This document shows positions 60,526-64,000 of a stretch of 64,000 nt of DNA, piece after piece. This DNA is from Gemmatimonadota bacterium. Its GTDB lineage: Bacteria; Gemmatimonadota; Gemmatimonadetes; Palauibacterales; Palauibacteraceae. Numbering within the stretch: the stretch's first letter is position 1; every line of letters starts with the position of its first letter. The position numbers and the translations under genes were made by a program. The DNA lies in NCBI GenBank assembly GCA_039588275.1, contig JBDHAC010000009.1, forward strand, positions 1 through 64,000, given 5' to 3'. The notes under the pieces are model-generated. The model had not been told where the DNA came from. It saw nothing but the letters and a program-made list of their open reading frames with translations, and searched no databases.

Positions 60526-61394
60526 AAGGCGGAACGGGGTCGCTCACGGCCGGTCATGGATCGGCCGAGGTGACCGTGGACCTCCACATGCATTCGACGG
60601 CCTCGGACGGAACCCTTCCGCCGCAGGAAGTGGTGCGCCGCGCCGTATCGGTCGGGTTGGGAGGGATCGCGCTCACCGATCACGACACCGTGGAGGGTAT
60701 CGCGGAAGCGATGTCCGAGGCCGAGGGGCACGACCTCGCGTTCTTGCCCGGTGCGGAGCTGTCCGCCAACGAGCCCGGACGGTCGATCCACCTGCTCGCG
60801 TACGGGTTCGATCTCACCGACGGGAACCTCCTGGCGTTCTTTGAAGAGTACGGAGCCGACCGTCGCCGTCGGGCGCGCGATATCGTGGGCCGGCTGCGGG
60901 GTCTCGGCCTGCAGCTCCACTACGAGGATGTCGAGGAGCAGGCCGGGTCCGCCGCGCCCACACGTGCGCACGTCGCTCGAGCGCTCGTTCAGCACGGGCA
61001 CGTGCCCAGCGAGGAGCAAGTGTTTCGCCACTATCTCTCGCGCGGGCGGCCGGGATACGTGGAAAAACGCCCCACGCCGCCCGCGGAAGTGATCGATCGC
61101 GTGCATCGGGCGGGCGGCGTCGTGCTGTTGGCGCACCCGGGTCGGACCCACGGTCCCGCCGAGGTTCGCCGCTGGGTGGCGGATGGCCTGGACGGAGTGG
61201 AGATCCGTCACCCGAACAACCCACCGCGAGTCCGGCGGCGTATGGCGGCGCTCGTGGAGGAGCTCGGGCTGCTGCGCAGCGGCGGCTCGGACTGGCACGG
61301 GCCGGGGACCCGCAAGTTCGATCTGGGTGGGGAGTCGGTGCCGTTGGCGTGGATGCGGGAGATCGAGACTCGGTGCCCGGCGCTGAGCGCTTGA
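60522..61394 (+). CDS. PHP domain phosphoesterase
   Basis: DLHMHSTASDG, TDHD, AHP, GGSDWH. Confidence 0.92.
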   Translation: MKGGTGSLTAGHGSAEVTVDLHMHSTASDGTLPPQEVVRRAVSVGLGGIALTDHDTVEGIAEAMSEAEGHDLAFLPGAELSANEPGRSIHLLAYGFDLTDGNLLAFFEEYGADRRRRARDIVGRLRGLGLQLHYEDVEEQAGSAAPTRAHVARALVQHGHVPSEEQVFRHYLSRGRPGYVEKRPTPPAEVIDRVHRAGGVVLLAHPGRTHGPAEVRRWVADGLDGVEIRHPNNPPRVRRRMAALVEELGLLRSGGSDWHGPGTRKFDLGGESVPLAWMREIETRCPALSA

Positions 61395-61510
61395 GCGGTG
61401 CGCTCCCTACGGCGGGTACCGTAGCCCGGCGCTGCCGGCAGGTCGCTCGAAGATGCGAGCCGGTCGCGGGGTATCGAGACGAGGATGGAAAGGACGCGAG
61501 GTAAGCCGCG

Positions 61511-62485
61511 ATGGAAGTGAACGATCACGAGATGATCATTATCGGCGCTGGCCCGGCGGGTTTGTGCGCAGCGCTATACGCGGGTCGCTCGGAGCTGGAC
61601 GCGGTCCTGCTCGAGTTGGGTCTGCCCGGGGGGCAGCTCCTGCTCACCGATCTCGTCGATGATTATCCCGGCGTGGAAGAAGTCGGCGGCATGGAGCTCG
61701 CGCAGAAGATGGCGGAGCACGCCAAGAGATTCGGGGTGGAGGCGACCCGGGGTCGTGTTGAGCGTGTGTCGCGGGATGAGAAGGGTGTCTTCCTGGTGGA
61801 CGTGGAGGGCGGGCGCCGCTATCGAGCACCAACGGTGGTCTTCACTGCGGGGGGAACTCCCAGACCGCTGGGTGTTCCGGGTGAGAACCGGTTCCTGGGT
61901 CGAGGCGTGAGCTACTGCGCGATCTGCGATGGCGCCTTCTTCAAGGGAGAGGAGATCGCCGTGATCGGGGGTGGCGACGCGGCCGTCGAGGAAGGTGAGT
62001 TCCTGACGCGCTACGCCTCGAAGGTCACGCTCGTCCACCGTCGAGACGAGCTCCGGGCTCAAGCCGTTCTCCAGAATCGCCTGCTCAACAATCCGAAGGT
62101 GGAGGTGCGTTGGGACACGGTGGTGGACGAGATCCTCGGAGACGAGGGCGGCGTCACCGGGTTGCGGCTGCGCGACGTAAAGACGGATGAGCTGTCGGAA
62201 CTTTCTGTCACAGGGGTGTTTATCTTCATCGGATTCACACCCAACGTAGGCAGCCTCGCGGAGCACGTGGACCACGACTTGAGCGGTTATATTGTAACGG
62301 ACCGCGATATGCGTGCGTCGATTCCGGGGCTGTTCGTGGCGGGAGATGTCCGCTCGCAGCTCGTGCGCCAGATCACCACGGCCGTGGGTGACGCCACGAC
62401 CGCGGTGTTTGCGGCGGAGAAGTACTTGCAGGAGCTCGAGGACGCGCACACCGAGCGGGCCGTGGAGGAGGAACAAACCGCATGA
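61511..62485 (+). CDS. trxB: Thioredoxin reductase
   Basis: GAGPAG, CAICDG, GGGDAAVEE, HRRDELR, AGD. Confidence 0.95.
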   Translation: MEVNDHEMIIIGAGPAGLCAALYAGRSELDAVLLELGLPGGQLLLTDLVDDYPGVEEVGGMELAQKMAEHAKRFGVEATRGRVERVSRDEKGVFLVDVEGGRRYRAPTVVFTAGGTPRPLGVPGENRFLGRGVSYCAICDGAFFKGEEIAVIGGGDAAVEEGEFLTRYASKVTLVHRRDELRAQAVLQNRLLNNPKVEVRWDTVVDEILGDEGGVTGLRLRDVKTDELSELSVTGVFIFIGFTPNVGSLAEHVDHDLSGYIVTDRDMRASIPGLFVAGDVRSQLVRQITTAVGDATTAVFAAEKYLQELEDAHTERAVEEEQTA

Positions 62486-62853
62486 CCGATACCGCGCAGC
62501 AGGAGACGGGAACGCCGACGGGCGACGCGCTGGTTGCGCTGACCCCGGAGGCCGCGGACAAAGTGCGTGAGTTCATGGCGGCGGACGGAGCGCCCGACGC
62601 CGCGCTTCGCGTGAGCGTACTGCCAGGAGGGTGCTCCGGGTTCGAGTACGGCCTGGACATCGAGGACGAGATCCGCGAAGACGACTTCGTTTTCGAATCG
62701 CACGGCATCCGCCTCGTCATGGATCCGTTCAGCGCCCAGTACCTGAACGGCGTATCGATCGGATACCACAGCTCGTTCCAGGGCTCCGGCTTCACGTTCG
62801 ACAATCCCAACGCGACCGGGAGCTGCGGCTGCGGAACGTCCTTCGCGGTGTGA
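62482..62853 (+). CDS. A-type Fe-S carrier (IscA/ErpA/HesB)
   Basis: GGCSGFEY, NPNATGSCGCGTSF. Confidence 0.95.
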   Translation: MTDTAQQETGTPTGDALVALTPEAADKVREFMAADGAPDAALRVSVLPGGCSGFEYGLDIEDEIREDDFVFESHGIRLVMDPFSAQYLNGVSIGYHSSFQGSGFTFDNPNATGSCGCGTSFAV

Positions 62854-62897
62854 GCCGCGGCGCGCATCCCGCCCGGCACGCCATCGAGGTCCCTGAC

Positions 62898-63530
62898 ATG
62901 CAGGTCCGCCGTCTCACGGTTGGCGTCTTCCAATCCAACTGCTATCTGATCGGTCCGTCCTCGGACGGATTCGTCCTGGTGGTGGATCCCGGCTCGGACG
63001 GCGAAGTCATCGCGGAGGCGCTTCGCGGAGCGGGTGGCGAATTGGCAGCGATCCTCCTCACGCACGCGCACCTCGATCACATCGGGGCCGTCGCCGAGCT
63101 ACGCGCCACGTTCGATGTGCCGATATACCTGCACCCCGCGGATCTGCCCCTGTATGAACACGCCCGGGAGCAGGCCGCGGCGTACGGTCTCACCGTCGAT
63201 GCCCCGCCCCCGCCGGATCGGGATCTCGGCCACGGCGACCGATTGACCTTCGGCGACCTTACGCTCGACGTCAGGCATGCGCCCGGGCACTCCCCGGGCG
63301 GCGTCGTCCTGGTCGGCGACGGCGAGGCATTCGTCGGGGATTGCGTATTCGCCGGATCGATCGGACGGACCGACCTGCCGGGCGGAGACACGCGGACGCT
63401 CATTCAGTCCATTCGCGATCAGATCCTCACGCTGCCGCCGGACACGGTCCTCCACCCCGGCCACGGGCCACGGACGACGGTCGGTTTCGAGGCGGCGTCG
63501 AACCCGTTCCTGACGGGGGCGTTCGGGTGA
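62898..63530 (+). CDS. MBL-fold hydrolase (glyoxalase II-like)
   Basis: THAHLDH, PGHSPG, GD, GRTDLPGG, PGHG. Confidence 0.92.
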   Translation: MQVRRLTVGVFQSNCYLIGPSSDGFVLVVDPGSDGEVIAEALRGAGGELAAILLTHAHLDHIGAVAELRATFDVPIYLHPADLPLYEHAREQAAAYGLTVDAPPPPDRDLGHGDRLTFGDLTLDVRHAPGHSPGGVVLVGDGEAFVGDCVFAGSIGRTDLPGGDTRTLIQSIRDQILTLPPDTVLHPGHGPRTTVGFEAASNPFLTGAFG

Positions 63531-64000
63531 AGCGCGATCCGGCCGCGTCCACGGAGGAGGAGGCATCCAGCTCGGTGACGTTGGGCGCCGCACCGGATAT
63601 CGAATCCGGTGACGCCGCTCGACTGGCCGGTCTGGTGGCGTCCGTCGACGGGGCGAACCGGGCGACGGTGCTCACGCACGACAACCCCGATCCCGATGCG
63701 CTGGCGTCGACCGCCGCGCTGGCTTTCCTGCTCGAGAAACGAGCATCCTTGCCCACGACCGTCGCCTTCGGCGGGATCGTGGGCCGGGCCGAGAACAGAG
63801 CGCTGATTCAGGAGATGGGCGTCAAGTTCCAGCGGATCGAATCGCTGGACCTGCCCGCCGGAGCCGCGATCGTGATGGTCGACACACAGCCGCGAGCCGG
63901 GAACAACTCGCTGCCGGCGGGCCGCATCGTCTCGGCGGTCGTGGATCACCACCCGCCCCGCCCGGACACGGTGGCGGCCACTTTCTCCGATATCAGACCG
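63527..64000 (+). CDS. DHH family phosphoesterase (partial, runs off the window)
   Basis: Absent from the ORF track; translating from GTG 63527 gives VLTHDNPDPDALAS, MVDTQP and VVDHH. Confidence 0.88.
   Translation, partial: MKRDPAASTEEEASSSVTLGAAPDIESGDAARLAGLVASVDGANRATVLTHDNPDPDALASTAALAFLLEKRASLPTTVAFGGIVGRAENRALIQEMGVKFQRIESLDLPAGAAIVMVDTQPRAGNNSLPAGRIVSAVVDHHPPRPDTVAATFSDIRP

Overview
GC-rich bacterial window, nearly all + strand. Gene content suggests a diderm, possibly Gemmatimonadota (inference only). 999-22182 is a ~21 kb, largely translationally coupled respiratory locus. By manual count it encodes 104 CXXCH plus 2 CX4CH heme motifs. It contains a nonaheme lipoprotein, a tetraheme shuttle, a 22-heme NapC/NirT-headed cytochrome, split and fused CbcL-like multiheme/cytochrome b modules, an outer-membrane beta-barrel, a frameshifted 15-heme cytochrome and duplicated four-domain c-type cytochromes. 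It also has two Rieske/cytochrome b/nonaheme sets. One set is canonical. The other has lost the [2Fe-2S] ligands, the Tat motif and the PEWY motif but keeps the heme b histidines and the Rieske disulfide. The best reading is a quinone-to-cell-surface electron conduit with an asymmetric bc-type complex. The rest comprises peptidases, gdhA, a molybdenum hydroxylase/NCS1/amidohydrolase catabolic cluster (30725-42290), transporters, envelope proteins, a PAS-GGDEF-EAL protein, an ECF sigma/anti-sigma pair and an M42-MntR-PHP-trxB-A-type Fe-S carrier-MBL-DHH run. No rRNA, tRNA, CRISPR or transposase was recognised. All calls are by-eye motif recognition, and several start codons were re-picked from RBS or stop-start overlaps.
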